A stretch of 57,987 bases of DNA from a virus (taxonomy: Duplodnaviria > Caudoviricetes), in the IMG/VR virus record IMGVR_UViG_3300043411_001582, positions 1-57,987 of that record; one strand, written 5' to 3'. The notes below the pieces were generated by a model. That model was given only the letters and a program-made list of their open reading frames with translations, did no database searches and was not told where the DNA came from. This document shows, in pieces, positions 9,358 to 19,072 of the stretch (position 1 is the stretch's first letter; each line of letters opens with the position of its first letter). A program made the translations under genes and the position numbers.

Positions 9358-11196
9358 ATGTCAAGTCTAGTTTCAGCAGGTGTAAGTGTTTCGGTTATCG
9401 ATGACTCATTCTTCATCGCCACTTCAAGTGCCACCGTCCCATTGATATTTTTGGCATCCCGCGCAAACAAAGTTCAAGCTGATGGCATCTCTCCTGCCTC
9501 TGGAACTTTAGAGTCCGGTGTCGTTCGTACCATTACTTCTGTAAATCAATCGCTATCCTTATATGGTGTTCCATATTTTCAGAATGATGTTTCTGGAAAT
9601 GAATTCCACGGTGATGCACGTAACGAGTATGGTCTTCTTGCACTTAACAACTACTTGGGTGCCGGTGATCGTGCCTATGTTGTTCGTGCTAATGTTAACT
9701 TAAATGATAGTCCAGAAACCTTCATCAGCCTTGGTACCCCTGTTGCTGGTACTCCTTCTGTGATTGGAATTGGCAATGGCGTTATCTCTGGTATCACTGC
9801 ATTCTCTTCACAAGTGAAGCCACAAACCATTACTGTTACCTTTACATCGCCTACATCTTTTGGTGTAACTGGAACAACTTCTGGGCATGTTGGATCTGGA
9901 CTTGTTGGAACCCCATTTGCTTCTACTGTTGTCGGATTCAATATTGCCGCAGGTGCAACGCCTTTTGTTTCTGGAGATAGAATCGTATTCGCTCTGAACT
10001 ATGCTGCAGTTGCAGGTGGTGGTAACGTTGGCAATGGTGTGTTGTCTGGATTGCAGACTGATGTCTTAGCTGTCCCAGAAGTCATTACAGTCTCCTTTAC
10101 TTCGCCAACAGCCTTCACTGTTTCTAATGCCTTTGGGCCTGCTGGAGTTGGTGCCGTTAATACTCCTTTTGATGACAATCGTGTAGTGTTCACTATTACA
10201 ACTGGTGCAACACCTTTCGCCATTGGTGATACTTTCACTATTACTGCAACTTCAGTCACTATTACAGCTCCTTTAGGTACTTCTGACGCACAACGCCGCG
10301 TGACTATTGTGGCGGCTCTTCAAGCAGCTATAAACAGCAATGCTGAAGTTCGTTCTGAATTGTATGAGTACAATTTGATTCTTTGCCCTGGTTATTATGA
10401 AGTTGCCGATGAACTTGTTTCGTTAAGCAATGACATCTTCGAAGAAGCATTCGTGATCGCTGATACTCCTTGTAATCTGAATACCGATCAAACTTGCCAA
10501 TGGGCTTTGACCTCTGCACGTCAATCTAAGAACTCTATTGCATACTACTATCCTTGGGCTATTCAGTCTAACCTGGACGGACGTGACGTTCTTGGTGCAC
10601 CATCTGGTGTAGCTCTTAGAACCATCACCAACAGCGATAACATGTCCTATGTCTGGTTCGCACCAGCCGGTGTTACTAATGGCTTGACCTTTGGTGTGTC
10701 TAAGGTCGGATATGTAACTGGAACTCTTGGAACAGCTACTACATTTATCGAGACCAATTTGAATCAAGGTCAACGTGATAATTTGTATGAGTACTTCAAG
10801 AACATCAATCCGATTGTGTTCTTCCCGGGTCGTGGTATTCTTATCTGGGGTCAAAAGACTTCTTCTCCAGCTACATCAGCACTCGATCGTATCAACGCTG
10901 TCCGCTTGGTGATGTTCTTGCGTAGGACCTTAAGAAAAGGTGCTATGCCGTTTAATTTTAAACCAAATGATCAATCCACACGAGATGACTTGAAAGCTGC
11001 TGCTGATGGCGTGTTAGGTGATATTTTGACTAAGCGTGGCTTGTATGACTACGCATCATATTGCGATGAGAGCAATAATACGCCAACTCGTATTGATAAC
11101 AATGAATTATGGATGGATATAGGGATAAAAATTATAAAATCCGCCGAGTTCATATATATACCGATCCGAGTAGTAAATACCGGAGGAACTTTGTAA
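9358..11196 (+). CDS. gp18: contractile tail sheath protein
   Basis: LVSAGVSV N-terminus, WFAPAG, INPI, IWGQKT, ALDRINAVRL, AEFIYI; late promoter CATAAATA 9302-9309. Confidence 0.95.
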   Translation: MSSLVSAGVSVSVIDDSFFIATSSATVPLIFLASRANKVQADGISPASGTLESGVVRTITSVNQSLSLYGVPYFQNDVSGNEFHGDARNEYGLLALNNYLGAGDRAYVVRANVNLNDSPETFISLGTPVAGTPSVIGIGNGVISGITAFSSQVKPQTITVTFTSPTSFGVTGTTSGHVGSGLVGTPFASTVVGFNIAAGATPFVSGDRIVFALNYAAVAGGGNVGNGVLSGLQTDVLAVPEVITVSFTSPTAFTVSNAFGPAGVGAVNTPFDDNRVVFTITTGATPFAIGDTFTITATSVTITAPLGTSDAQRRVTIVAALQAAINSNAEVRSELYEYNLILCPGYYEVADELVSLSNDIFEEAFVIADTPCNLNTDQTCQWALTSARQSKNSIAYYYPWAIQSNLDGRDVLGAPSGVALRTITNSDNMSYVWFAPAGVTNGLTFGVSKVGYVTGTLGTATTFIETNLNQGQRDNLYEYFKNINPIVFFPGRGILIWGQKTSSPATSALDRINAVRLVMFLRRTLRKGAMPFNFKPNDQSTRDDLKAAADGVLGDILTKRGLYDYASYCDESNNTPTRIDNNELWMDIGIKIIKSAEFIYIPIRVVNTGGTL

Positions 11197-11220
11197 GAAG
11201 ATAATTCTTCAACCTAAATG

Positions 11221-11247
11221 AAAGGACTGCCTAGGCAGTCCTTTTTT
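11221..11247 (+). terminator. intrinsic terminator after sheath gene
   Basis: AAAGGACTGCC-TA-GGCAGTCC followed by T6. Confidence 0.85.
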
Positions 11248-11303
11248 GTTTCTGATCTACTTAAAGTATAAATAGATTTGATCTTAACTTCAAGGAACAT
11301 TAC

Positions 11304-12254
11304 ATGATATACTGTGCCGTTTGCAATAAGCCATTTAAAGGGATTAATAAGAGACATCTGTTTCACCATAATCTTACAAGAGAAGAGTATATTCAAAAAT
11401 TTCCTGATTCACCTCTACAATCGCCTGAAAGTGCTGAAAAGAGAAAGTTGGCATCTCTTAAAAGAGAGACAGCTATGTTAGAAGAAACTAAAATCAAAAG
11501 AGCCGAAAAGATTTCAAAATCCAGAATTGGAATAGATCCTTGGAACAAAGACAAACCAGGTTATAAATTAGAGTGGTCCGATGAGGCTAGAGCTAGAGTC
11601 GCAGAACGTGGACCATATAATAAAGGTGTCCCGAGATCTGAAGAAGATAAAAGGAAACAGTCTATTACGATGAAAGCCAAATTTGCTTCAGGTGAATTGG
11701 AACATTGGAATAAAGGAAATCACTGGTCTGAAGAAGTTAAGAATAGGATTAGCACAAGCAATTTAGGCAAAACTTATACTGAAGAACAGTCCGCAAATCA
11801 TTTAGCCGCTATAAGACGAATCGTTTCTTCTCCTGATTATGTTTCGCCAATGAAAGGCAAATCTCATAATGACGAAACTAAAAAGAAACTTTCAGAAGCT
11901 AGCTTAAGAAATGCTGCTGCCGTAAGAAAGAAACATGAAGAAGCCGGACGGTGGATCCCAAAAGAGAATCTTTCAGAGATGGAACGATTCAGACAAGAGG
12001 TTTGGAAACTTACTAACAGGATAGTTCATCTGATAGAGGGTTTTGACGAATCTAAACGAGGAGTGAATAGTCTTACTGCGGATAATTATCAAGTTGATCA
12101 TCGGTACTCTATAACTCAAGGTTATCTAGACGGACTTTCTCCTGAACAACTAAGTCATCCGGCAAATCTACGATTCATTCCTTGGCGAGATAATGCTAAG
12201 AAAAGTGAAAGATGTGATTTTACACTTCATGAATTTCTAGAGTTGATCAAGTAA
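11304..12254 (+). CDS. NUMOD3-repeat HNH-like homing endonuclease
   Basis: N-terminal CxxC..HL..H finger, PWNK/H.EETKKKLS repeats, C-terminal QVDH...HPANL...DN..K; late promoter 11267-11274. Confidence 0.7.
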   Translation: MIYCAVCNKPFKGINKRHLFHHNLTREEYIQKFPDSPLQSPESAEKRKLASLKRETAMLEETKIKRAEKISKSRIGIDPWNKDKPGYKLEWSDEARARVAERGPYNKGVPRSEEDKRKQSITMKAKFASGELEHWNKGNHWSEEVKNRISTSNLGKTYTEEQSANHLAAIRRIVSSPDYVSPMKGKSHNDETKKKLSEASLRNAAAVRKKHEEAGRWIPKENLSEMERFRQEVWKLTNRIVHLIEGFDESKRGVNSLTADNYQVDHRYSITQGYLDGLSPEQLSHPANLRFIPWRDNAKKSERCDFTLHEFLELIK

Positions 12255-12261
12255 ACGCAAA

Positions 12262-12285
12262 AATGGGATTCATTTGAATCCCATT
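12262..12285 (+). terminator. stem-loop, probable terminator
   Basis: AATGGGATTC-attt-GAATCCCATT just after the stop codon; weak U tract. Confidence 0.5.
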
Positions 12286-12410
12286 CCTTATTCTCAAACT
12301 AGTGCTATTAAATTAGCGTTGCATTAGATTGGTGTGAGAGTTCATCTTAAAAAATTAGATACATGAATCAAATATCTATAAATAGATAATCATATAAAAT
12401 TAAAAAAATC

Positions 12411-13286
12411 ATGTCTAGAATAACGCAGCTCAAGAGATCTCTGACAGATAGACGCACTCATGTTGAACCATGGGACGGGGAAGAGCGGCGAACTAGAATA
12501 GAAGGTACCCGAAGGTTTCCAGACGTTGCGGCACCTTCAATGTGGTTGCTAGCAAGTGAATATAGATCCATCTTTGAGATCTGTGCAGGCCTAGCATCAA
12601 TAAAAACTCTAAGTCATTTAACACCAAGAGGTGATGGGCATCCGGTAATGGTTTTGCCAGGACTTAGTGCGGCCGATGGTTCAACTTCATTGCTTAGAGC
12701 ATTTCTTGATGCACTTAGATATGTGACTTTTGGCTGGGGCTTTGGTCGCAATACTGGAGTTACTGAAGAAAGAATCTTAGAACTTCGGGATAGACTAGAT
12801 TACATATACGAGTTGCATGGGAAAAAAGTTAGCTTGATAGGACATAGCCTTGGCGGAGTTTATGCCAGAGAATTAGCCAGGCTTAGACCAGATCTAGTAC
12901 GTCAAGTAATAACATTAGGGTCGCCATTTACTGGGCATCCTTTAGCCAGCACTGGAACTTTGTTATATGAGTTCTTATCTGGAACCAAATTAAACACATT
13001 AGACTTTAATAGACATCTAGATATGCGCATTAAGCCACCAGTCCCTGTGACGTCAGTATATTCTAAGATGGACGGCGTGGTGGCTTGGCAGTGTTCTATA
13101 GAACAAAGAACCGAAACAAGTGAAAGCATTAATATAAGAGGCTGTAGCCATATTGGTATGGGCAGTGCACCAACTGCATTATATCTGATAGGCGAAAGAT
13201 TATCTCAAGAAGAAAATAAATGGATGCACTTTAAACCAAATGGTGTACAACAAATACTTTATGGTATCTACGATCATTTAATATAG
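12411..13286 (+). CDS. alpha/beta hydrolase (lipase/esterase)
   Basis: VLPGL oxyanion region, GHSLGG nucleophile elbow, TLGSP, DGVV, SHIGM; late promoter TATAAATA 12377-12384. Confidence 0.9.
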   Translation: MSRITQLKRSLTDRRTHVEPWDGEERRTRIEGTRRFPDVAAPSMWLLASEYRSIFEICAGLASIKTLSHLTPRGDGHPVMVLPGLSAADGSTSLLRAFLDALRYVTFGWGFGRNTGVTEERILELRDRLDYIYELHGKKVSLIGHSLGGVYARELARLRPDLVRQVITLGSPFTGHPLASTGTLLYEFLSGTKLNTLDFNRHLDMRIKPPVPVTSVYSKMDGVVAWQCSIEQRTETSESINIRGCSHIGMGSAPTALYLIGERLSQEENKWMHFKPNGVQQILYGIYDHLI

Positions 13287-13292
13287 TTCTTT

Positions 13293-13838
13293 TTATTTAT
13301 GAATGAAGCTATTGCACTTTGCCATTAACTGATGGTGAACGTGTTCATTTAAGACTGTTTTTCCATCGTGTCGATCAAGTAAAAACCAGGCTGGACCATA
13401 TTCATGATATTCATCAATGATAGCATTGAATTTATCTTTTGGGATGCTGATTCTATCATCGACAAAGTCTTCTGTTATTTTTTCTCTAGAAAGAAAAATT
13501 TCAAGAACATCGAATCGAGACTTCAATTCTTCATAGTATTTTTTAGATAGTGCCAAATATTCTGGACTGGCATTTCTAAAAATTTTATCATAGACCAGAT
13601 TAGAGACTATGAATCTATCTAAAATATAAGTCTTACGCTTGTCAAGTAATTCAAACATGCTGAATAGCAGTTCAAAATCTTTCTCAGTGTTGATTCGAAG
13701 TAATTCACCAGACGGCAAAGTCTTTTTGAATTTAATTTCTTGAACGCGATCATAATGAAAAAGAAGATCCTGAATGAAGGTGGACTTACAACACTCGTCA
13801 GGCCCATCCAATATAATGAATTTGGTTTTAGCGCCCAT
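13293..13838 (-). CDS. dNMP/thymidylate kinase-like protein
   Basis: IILDGPDECCKST P-loop variant and ILDRF motif; start chosen from GAGAGG SD. Confidence 0.7.
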   Translation of the reverse strand: MGAKTKFIILDGPDECCKSTFIQDLLFHYDRVQEIKFKKTLPSGELLRINTEKDFELLFSMFELLDKRKTYILDRFIVSNLVYDKIFRNASPEYLALSKKYYEELKSRFDVLEIFLSREKITEDFVDDRISIPKDKFNAIIDEYHEYGPAWFLLDRHDGKTVLNEHVHHQLMAKCNSFIHK

Positions 13839-14868
13839 GAATAAACCTCTCATTCAAATAACTATCAACTTCGTCTTTTGAATATACGAATGAATGCATA
13901 CTTGTTCTATTATACACTACATTTGACAAGGCCATTGGCAGTTGATTCAGATCAGTAATAGAATTTTTATTACCAATCAATGCTGCATTAAAGGCGATTA
14001 CTGGGCAACCATAGTGGAAGAATTCGATTGTGCCAGGATGAAGAACCGTGTCAATATCATCCAACATTACAACTATTGGTTTAGATTGTAGAATTTTGTA
14101 ATATTCTTCTTTTGTCGGTTTGATCTTAACAACATATGGCGGAAGATCTCCACTTGTTTCATTCGGATCTGTAATTACGACAGTGTAGCCTTTATATATA
14201 GAGCTTTCAAAGACCTCTTTAAATTCTTCCCACTTATAGGCTTTATCAGAAAGCCTAAAAGGCCAGAAGATCATTTTACTAGGAAGCTCTTCAACATCTT
14301 CAGAAATAGGCAACAGGTTTTCATGTGCGCATTTAGTATGTACCAAGACTTTGTCTGCTAGATCTGGTCTAACTTCTACAATATATTCTTTCTGCCTCGG
14401 ATTCAAAACCGTAGTAAACAGACTGTGTTCAATAGACCAGAGATCCGTTTCAAAGAACTTATCAATATACGGACGATCCAGCTCAGGCAATTTAGTGATA
14501 TTGAAGTTATAAATTACAGGCAAAGTTCCAGGATAGCCTGTAATATCTGTGATCAGAACATCACAACCTTTTTGTGCAAACCAGATAGCACACCAATTAG
14601 TTCCCCAAAATACTTCTCTAGTGTTAGCTGCATTTACACCATAAGTAAAAGGAATAAAGACAAATTTTCCAGAATCGATTTCAACTTTAAACTTTTCTAA
14701 AGTTTCCTCAATATCGCAGGCATCATGTGGAAGGGCAATTCGTACTTCTTCAAAATCACTCGCATAAGCCCTGGCAATAGACAACTGAAAGTTTCCGTCC
14801 TTAAGAACTGAATACTTTCCATCAGTGTATCGCCGCATGGAAAACATGCTTAGAAATAAAGCTTTCAT
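13828..14868 (-). CDS. putative GT-B DNA glycosyltransferase
   Basis: WPFRLSDKAYKWEEF, TKEEYYKIL, GTIEFFHYGCPVI resemble a GT-B C-terminal domain; neighbours a thymidylate synthase (TS) homologue. Confidence 0.6.
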   Translation of the reverse strand: MKALFLSMFSMRRYTDGKYSVLKDGNFQLSIARAYASDFEEVRIALPHDACDIEETLEKFKVEIDSGKFVFIPFTYGVNAANTREVFWGTNWCAIWFAQKGCDVLITDITGYPGTLPVIYNFNITKLPELDRPYIDKFFETDLWSIEHSLFTTVLNPRQKEYIVEVRPDLADKVLVHTKCAHENLLPISEDVEELPSKMIFWPFRLSDKAYKWEEFKEVFESSIYKGYTVVITDPNETSGDLPPYVVKIKPTKEEYYKILQSKPIVVMLDDIDTVLHPGTIEFFHYGCPVIAFNAALIGNKNSITDLNQLPMALSNVVYNRTSMHSFVYSKDEVDSYLNERFIHGR

Positions 14869-14874
14869 AAAATC

Positions 14875-15642
14875 CTAAAGTTTCTTTTGAATCATTCCAA
14901 CTTCGCCGGCTATGTCAGCCGCAAGAATCTTATCAACCAACGGTTGCTCACGATCAAAGTAGTGTGCACTCATCATTGTATGATGATATGAACCCAATTT
15001 CAAATCTGGGTAAGTTTTCTTCAAAACTCTATACAGATGCTCTTGCAACATAGTCATATTGAAAATGTCAAAGCAAATAGTTAAGCAACAGTTATTAGAT
15101 CGCATGTTTGAGTACATATGCAATGCGTCGTTGCGAATCATGAAACTAAATGTCATTGAACATGGATACTCTTCCTTAGTATCTGTTCCAAGCATGTCAA
15201 GATCGCCTTCATTTAGAATGTGAATTACAGCTCTACGCGAACTTGAGTCTCGCACAAGTTCATCAACAATATACGGCAATTGCTTCAGAATTCTAGGCCC
15301 ATATGCTGTAGAGAAATTAGTCGGCATGACCTTTTCGTCTTTTGGCTTGTCAATGAAATTGGCAGCGTTCTTATTTGAACTAAACACGTACGAAAAATCA
15401 GTGTCACCATTAATCATCCAGAGCCAGAATTTGGTCGCGAAGACATAATCTACTTCACGAGCCTTGTTCCAGATATAACGGTCGCGCGGATTGGTCAGTT
15501 CAAATGAAAGATTGGTAATCTCTCGAGATCCAATGCCACGCGGATTAGGTGTGAACTCTGGATTATCATTCAGCTCTTGTAAAATTGAAATGTAAATATC
15601 TTCAAAAGAATCGCCACTCAAGTGTTTCATAACATTACTCAT
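14875..15642 (-). CDS. thymidylate synthase superfamily enzyme, likely dCMP hydroxymethylase-like
   Basis: AYGPR, SRRA, PC catalytic Cys, MRSN, H.F/Y; Asp (CFD) at the position of the dUMP-specifying Asn (PFN). Confidence 0.8.
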   Translation of the reverse strand: MSNVMKHLSGDSFEDIYISILQELNDNPEFTPNPRGIGSREITNLSFELTNPRDRYIWNKAREVDYVFATKFWLWMINGDTDFSYVFSSNKNAANFIDKPKDEKVMPTNFSTAYGPRILKQLPYIVDELVRDSSSRRAVIHILNEGDLDMLGTDTKEEYPCSMTFSFMIRNDALHMYSNMRSNNCCLTICFDIFNMTMLQEHLYRVLKKTYPDLKLGSYHHTMMSAHYFDREQPLVDKILAADIAGEVGMIQKKL

Positions 15643-16135
15643 CTTGATCCTTATAAGCCTTTTGGCTATTAATTTGTTCTGTCACAGCATCAATCATAAA
15701 CTGATTCAAAGTGACATTCAGTTTATGTGCGGCTAATGAAATTGCTACAAGCTCACTTTGTGTTAATTCAATCGGAATCAAAATTCCCTGATCATACTCA
15801 CGTCCTTCAATTATAGCTGTAGCTTTTTCCATAAAGTCTTCTTCAATGATGTCGATGTAATCTACTTCTTCCCAGGCAGTGTTATCGTTCTCATCAAACT
15901 CAAACTTTTCGTTCTTCCATCGAAAAGCTTTTTCCAAAGCATAATCACAGACTTCCATCATAATGACGTCTTGTGTTGCACAATCAAAAATACAGGCAAT
16001 GCTGAATCCACCATCGCTGTGTTTGCCATTCCAATAGTCAAAGTTATAGGCGGCGTTACTTTGAGTACAATTGTAATCACAACCCTCAGATAACTTATAT
16101 CCGGTTAATTCAAAAAATGTTTTTATCGTAAGCAT
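15635..16135 (-). CDS. hypothetical protein
   Basis: 166-aa ORF overlapping both neighbours in the minus-strand operon. Confidence 0.65.
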   Translation of the reverse strand: MLTIKTFFELTGYKLSEGCDYNCTQSNAAYNFDYWNGKHSDGGFSIACIFDCATQDVIMMEVCDYALEKAFRWKNEKFEFDENDNTAWEEVDYIDIIEEDFMEKATAIIEGREYDQGILIPIELTQSELVAISLAAHKLNVTLNQFMIDAVTEQINSQKAYKDQDE

Positions 16136-16629
16136 AATTTATCCCTTAATTTTGATCCGCTGTGATAAGCCATATTCAAATACTGTTCTTTTTTCACTTG
16201 AGGCAAGTCTGGACCTACACCATTAAAAATGTAGAAGTGTGGATACAATCCACAGTACCTCATTGCATCTCCCATATTGTAGCTATTATAATCCTTCTTT
16301 TGACCCATGCTGACCAAACACGTGGTTGTAAGATCAAGCAAAGGTTGCATTCTACCATTCTTTAGATCAAAGGCAAAACCCTTAACAAAGACCGTTTGAA
16401 GTAATTCGACCAAAGGCGCGGGTGGCATCTCCCACCAAGAAGGCCAAGCAAAACACAAATGGTCGGCCGCTAGAATCTGATCTTTAACATCTGCCTCTGT
16501 CCATCGATCATAAACATCTATCAGAGAAATAGAATGACCTTTGCTGATAGCACCATCTGCAAATGATTTGGCTAAAGCTCTTGTAAAACTTAGATCAGCA
16601 GGATGTGCAATGATTTGAAGGATTTTCAT
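16123..16629 (-). CDS. flavodoxin-like fold NAD(P)H oxidoreductase (MdaB/KefF type)
   Basis: IIAHP..SFT.ALA, AD.L.FAWP.WW..PA.L...L..VF..GFAF. Confidence 0.85.
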   Translation of the reverse strand: MKILQIIAHPADLSFTRALAKSFADGAISKGHSISLIDVYDRWTEADVKDQILAADHLCFAWPSWWEMPPAPLVELLQTVFVKGFAFDLKNGRMQPLLDLTTTCLVSMGQKKDYNSYNMGDAMRYCGLYPHFYIFNGVGPDLPQVKKEQYLNMAYHSGSKLRDKLCLR

Positions 16630-16687
16630 AGACGAGAAAAGATTGAGAATGCACTATTGTACCATGTCTAAGACCGAAAAGGAAAGC

Positions 16688-18301
16688 TTATTCTAGGATC
16701 CAAGTAGATGTTCCTCTGTCAAAGTTCTTAAGAAACCTGTGGGATTTCATGTTATCCTCTTCGCTGAGATGTTCTGAAAACCGTAAATTTAAGTTCTCTA
16801 ATAATCTTGGCAATTTTGATCGTTGAGTTTGATAACGAGAATAAACACCATGCTTTCCAGAAATCCAGAAATACGAAGGTTCATTATTACTAATAAATCT
16901 AAAACCACACTCTTTATATAACTGACCTTGACTCCAACACCTATCAGCATATCCGATTATGGAACCTAAATGATCATTTCTAAAAGTCTTTATTAATGTT
17001 GTTTCGCCACCAACTACCTTTACACCAGGCAAGGTCGCCACCCTTAAAAGTTCCCATTTGGCTTTTCTATTAAACCTTGGCTTGCCAAATGACATTAATG
17101 AGATTAAATTATTCTGTTCGAACAAACCATAAAAACATGTAGCACTTTTGCTTGTATTTTGCAAATGGTACTTATTAAGAAAATCACCACTTTCCTCTTT
17201 AGTCATTTCTTTTACCAAGAGAGTTTCGGCAAGTATTTGTTTATCGAAGATATCTAATGCACACTTTAAATGCTCTCGTGCTTTTTCTTTTTGGAGAAAC
17301 CAAAGGTGTTCTTGAATTGTAATAAGCCTATAACCACGTGCCTCCATTTTACACAGTTTTTCTTGAGATTTTGTCCTTGAAACAAAATCAGCAGAATGCC
17401 AATAGGTCCCGTCAAATTCTATTCCAATTTTCAAAGATGGAATCCATATGTCAATCTCTTGTGGTGCTATAACTTTCCTATCTCTTCTAACGATTTCTAA
17501 ACCTAAACTTTCAATATAGTCACCAATTTCTTGTTCGCCTTTTGAAGTGCTGCCACTGCATCTTGGACATTTTTTAAGTCCTCTTATACTAATATTTGAT
17601 TCATAAGTTTTTCCGCAGGTGTGTTCCCATTTAAACTCGTGATCATAAATTCTATAAATTTGTCCAAGATCTGATAGATTTGAAATACACTTAACATCAA
17701 AAAGCTTTTCTAATTCTTTAATTTTCGTTGGGAGATGTAGTGTCGTTTGTTTAGAAATAGATTCTATAATTTTCTTATGAACACCAGCCATAGCTCTGAT
17801 ACTTTCAACACCGTGATTTTCTTTTAATTTTTCTCTAAATTTAGGTGAACTCCATCTCATTGGCCATTCTTCGCCAGTTCTTTTCAGATTAGTTTGTTTC
17901 AATATTTCTACTACAACTGGAGATTGCATAGCATTTTCTACACCATATCTTTCCAGGGTAGTGGCTTTCATCTTTGCTAGTTTTATTCCTTCAAAGGTAT
18001 AGGCACAACTTCTACTACAGAATTGTCGATATCCTGATTTTAAATTTTGATTTTCTCGAAATTCAGGTTTCAGGAAGGGACACCAATGAAATGAATTTAA
18101 TGTTTTTCCACAGGCCTTACATTGCGGATAGTCTTTTAGATTATTCTGAATCCAAAATAATCTTTCTGGATTAGTAGCATCTGCATCACACAGTGAAGTA
18201 AGTCTCTTCAATTCCGCGAGTGCAGCTTCTCCAATATAGCGAGTATGATTTTTACTAATGAAGTGAGAAAGTGGAGCTTCACTTTTATTTATTTTTCGCA
18301 T
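16688..18301 (-). CDS. Hef-like homing endonuclease
   Basis: CxxC motifs, LERYGVEN, EIDIWIPSLKIGIEFDGTYWHS, C-terminal YADRCWSQG. Confidence 0.8.
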   Translation of the reverse strand: MRKINKSEAPLSHFISKNHTRYIGEAALAELKRLTSLCDADATNPERLFWIQNNLKDYPQCKACGKTLNSFHWCPFLKPEFRENQNLKSGYRQFCSRSCAYTFEGIKLAKMKATTLERYGVENAMQSPVVVEILKQTNLKRTGEEWPMRWSSPKFREKLKENHGVESIRAMAGVHKKIIESISKQTTLHLPTKIKELEKLFDVKCISNLSDLGQIYRIYDHEFKWEHTCGKTYESNISIRGLKKCPRCSGSTSKGEQEIGDYIESLGLEIVRRDRKVIAPQEIDIWIPSLKIGIEFDGTYWHSADFVSRTKSQEKLCKMEARGYRLITIQEHLWFLQKEKAREHLKCALDIFDKQILAETLLVKEMTKEESGDFLNKYHLQNTSKSATCFYGLFEQNNLISLMSFGKPRFNRKAKWELLRVATLPGVKVVGGETTLIKTFRNDHLGSIIGYADRCWSQGQLYKECGFRFISNNEPSYFWISGKHGVYSRYQTQRSKLPRLLENLNLRFSEHLSEEDNMKSHRFLKNFDRGTSTWILE

Positions 18302-18308
18302 ACCTTTT

Positions 18309-18335
18309 CCTAAACTTATTCTTTAGGTATTTATT
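18309..18335 (-). promoter_or_regulatory. late promoter AATAAATA plus SD-sequestering hairpin
   Basis: minus strand reads AATAAATA-CCTAAA-gaataag-TTTAGG-aaaaggt-ATG. Confidence 0.6.
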
Positions 18336-18418
18336 CATTTTTACGAAAAGAATTCTTCAATGCACTAAATAATTTTAGGTTAGAAAATCTAAAACACTTC
18401 TTAAAAAGGAAAATCACC

Positions 18419-19012
18419 ATGGCTACTCTATCCAATTTTGGTATACCCGGCGTAGGCTCGGGTATACTTCATCCTCGCCTCAAGCATAAGTTCAGAATCA
18501 CTTTCACAAAAATGGCTGCGCTTATTTCTGGAACTGAATCTAACAATTTATCGATGCAAGTAACTAACATTACTCTGCCTAACTTGACATTTGAAGAAGT
18601 TACTCTTCATCGTTATAATTCTACGGCTTATGTTGCTGGCAAACACTCATGGGAGCCAATCAGCGTTACACTTGAAGATGACATTAACGGTGTTGCTGCT
18701 TCTGTCATTCGTAATCAATTAGAAACGCAACAACGTATTATTGGCGCCGATTTAGACGGCCGCTGGTTGAATACTGCTGCTACTGGTAGTGACTACAAGT
18801 TTGGTGTTAAGATTGATCAACTAGATGGTGACGAGACCGTTGTTCAACAATGGTTGCTTGAAGGTGCACAAATTATGAGCAGTGATTATGGTGATCGGGA
18901 TTACAGTGCATCAGAATCGGCAACGATTACCTTGAGCATTAGATTCGATCATGCCCGCACGATCGAAATGGCTCCAGGAAAAGGTACGGCTTTGGGAGGT
19001 CATATTTCGTAA
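18419..19012 (+). CDS. gp19: tail tube protein (gp19-like)
   Basis: PRLKHKFRI, LPNLTFEE, YVAGKHSWEPI, W.LEG, Y.ASE..TI...IRFD. Confidence 0.85.
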   Translation: MATLSNFGIPGVGSGILHPRLKHKFRITFTKMAALISGTESNNLSMQVTNITLPNLTFEEVTLHRYNSTAYVAGKHSWEPISVTLEDDINGVAASVIRNQLETQQRIIGADLDGRWLNTAATGSDYKFGVKIDQLDGDETVVQQWLLEGAQIMSSDYGDRDYSASESATITLSIRFDHARTIEMAPGKGTALGGHIS

Positions 19013-19028
19013 AAGTTTTACGACTTAT

Positions 19029-19055
19029 AAAAAGGACTCGAAAGAGTCCTTTTTT
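19029..19055 (+). terminator. intrinsic terminator after tube gene
   Basis: AAAAAGGACTC-GAAA-GAGTCC followed by T6. Confidence 0.9.
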
Positions 19056-19072
19056 GTTTCTGTAAATAACTA

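Noticed and set aside
9675-10854. Antisense ORFs within the sheath gene, and similar shadow ORFs across the track
   Set aside because: Fully nested opposite well-supported genes, with no SD or recognisable motifs; explained by codon bias
9177-12410. tRNA or other structured RNA genes in the larger intergenic gaps (9177-9357, 12255-12410)
   Set aside because: No cloverleaf or T-loop consensus recognised by eye; tRNAscan-SE or Infernal would be decisive
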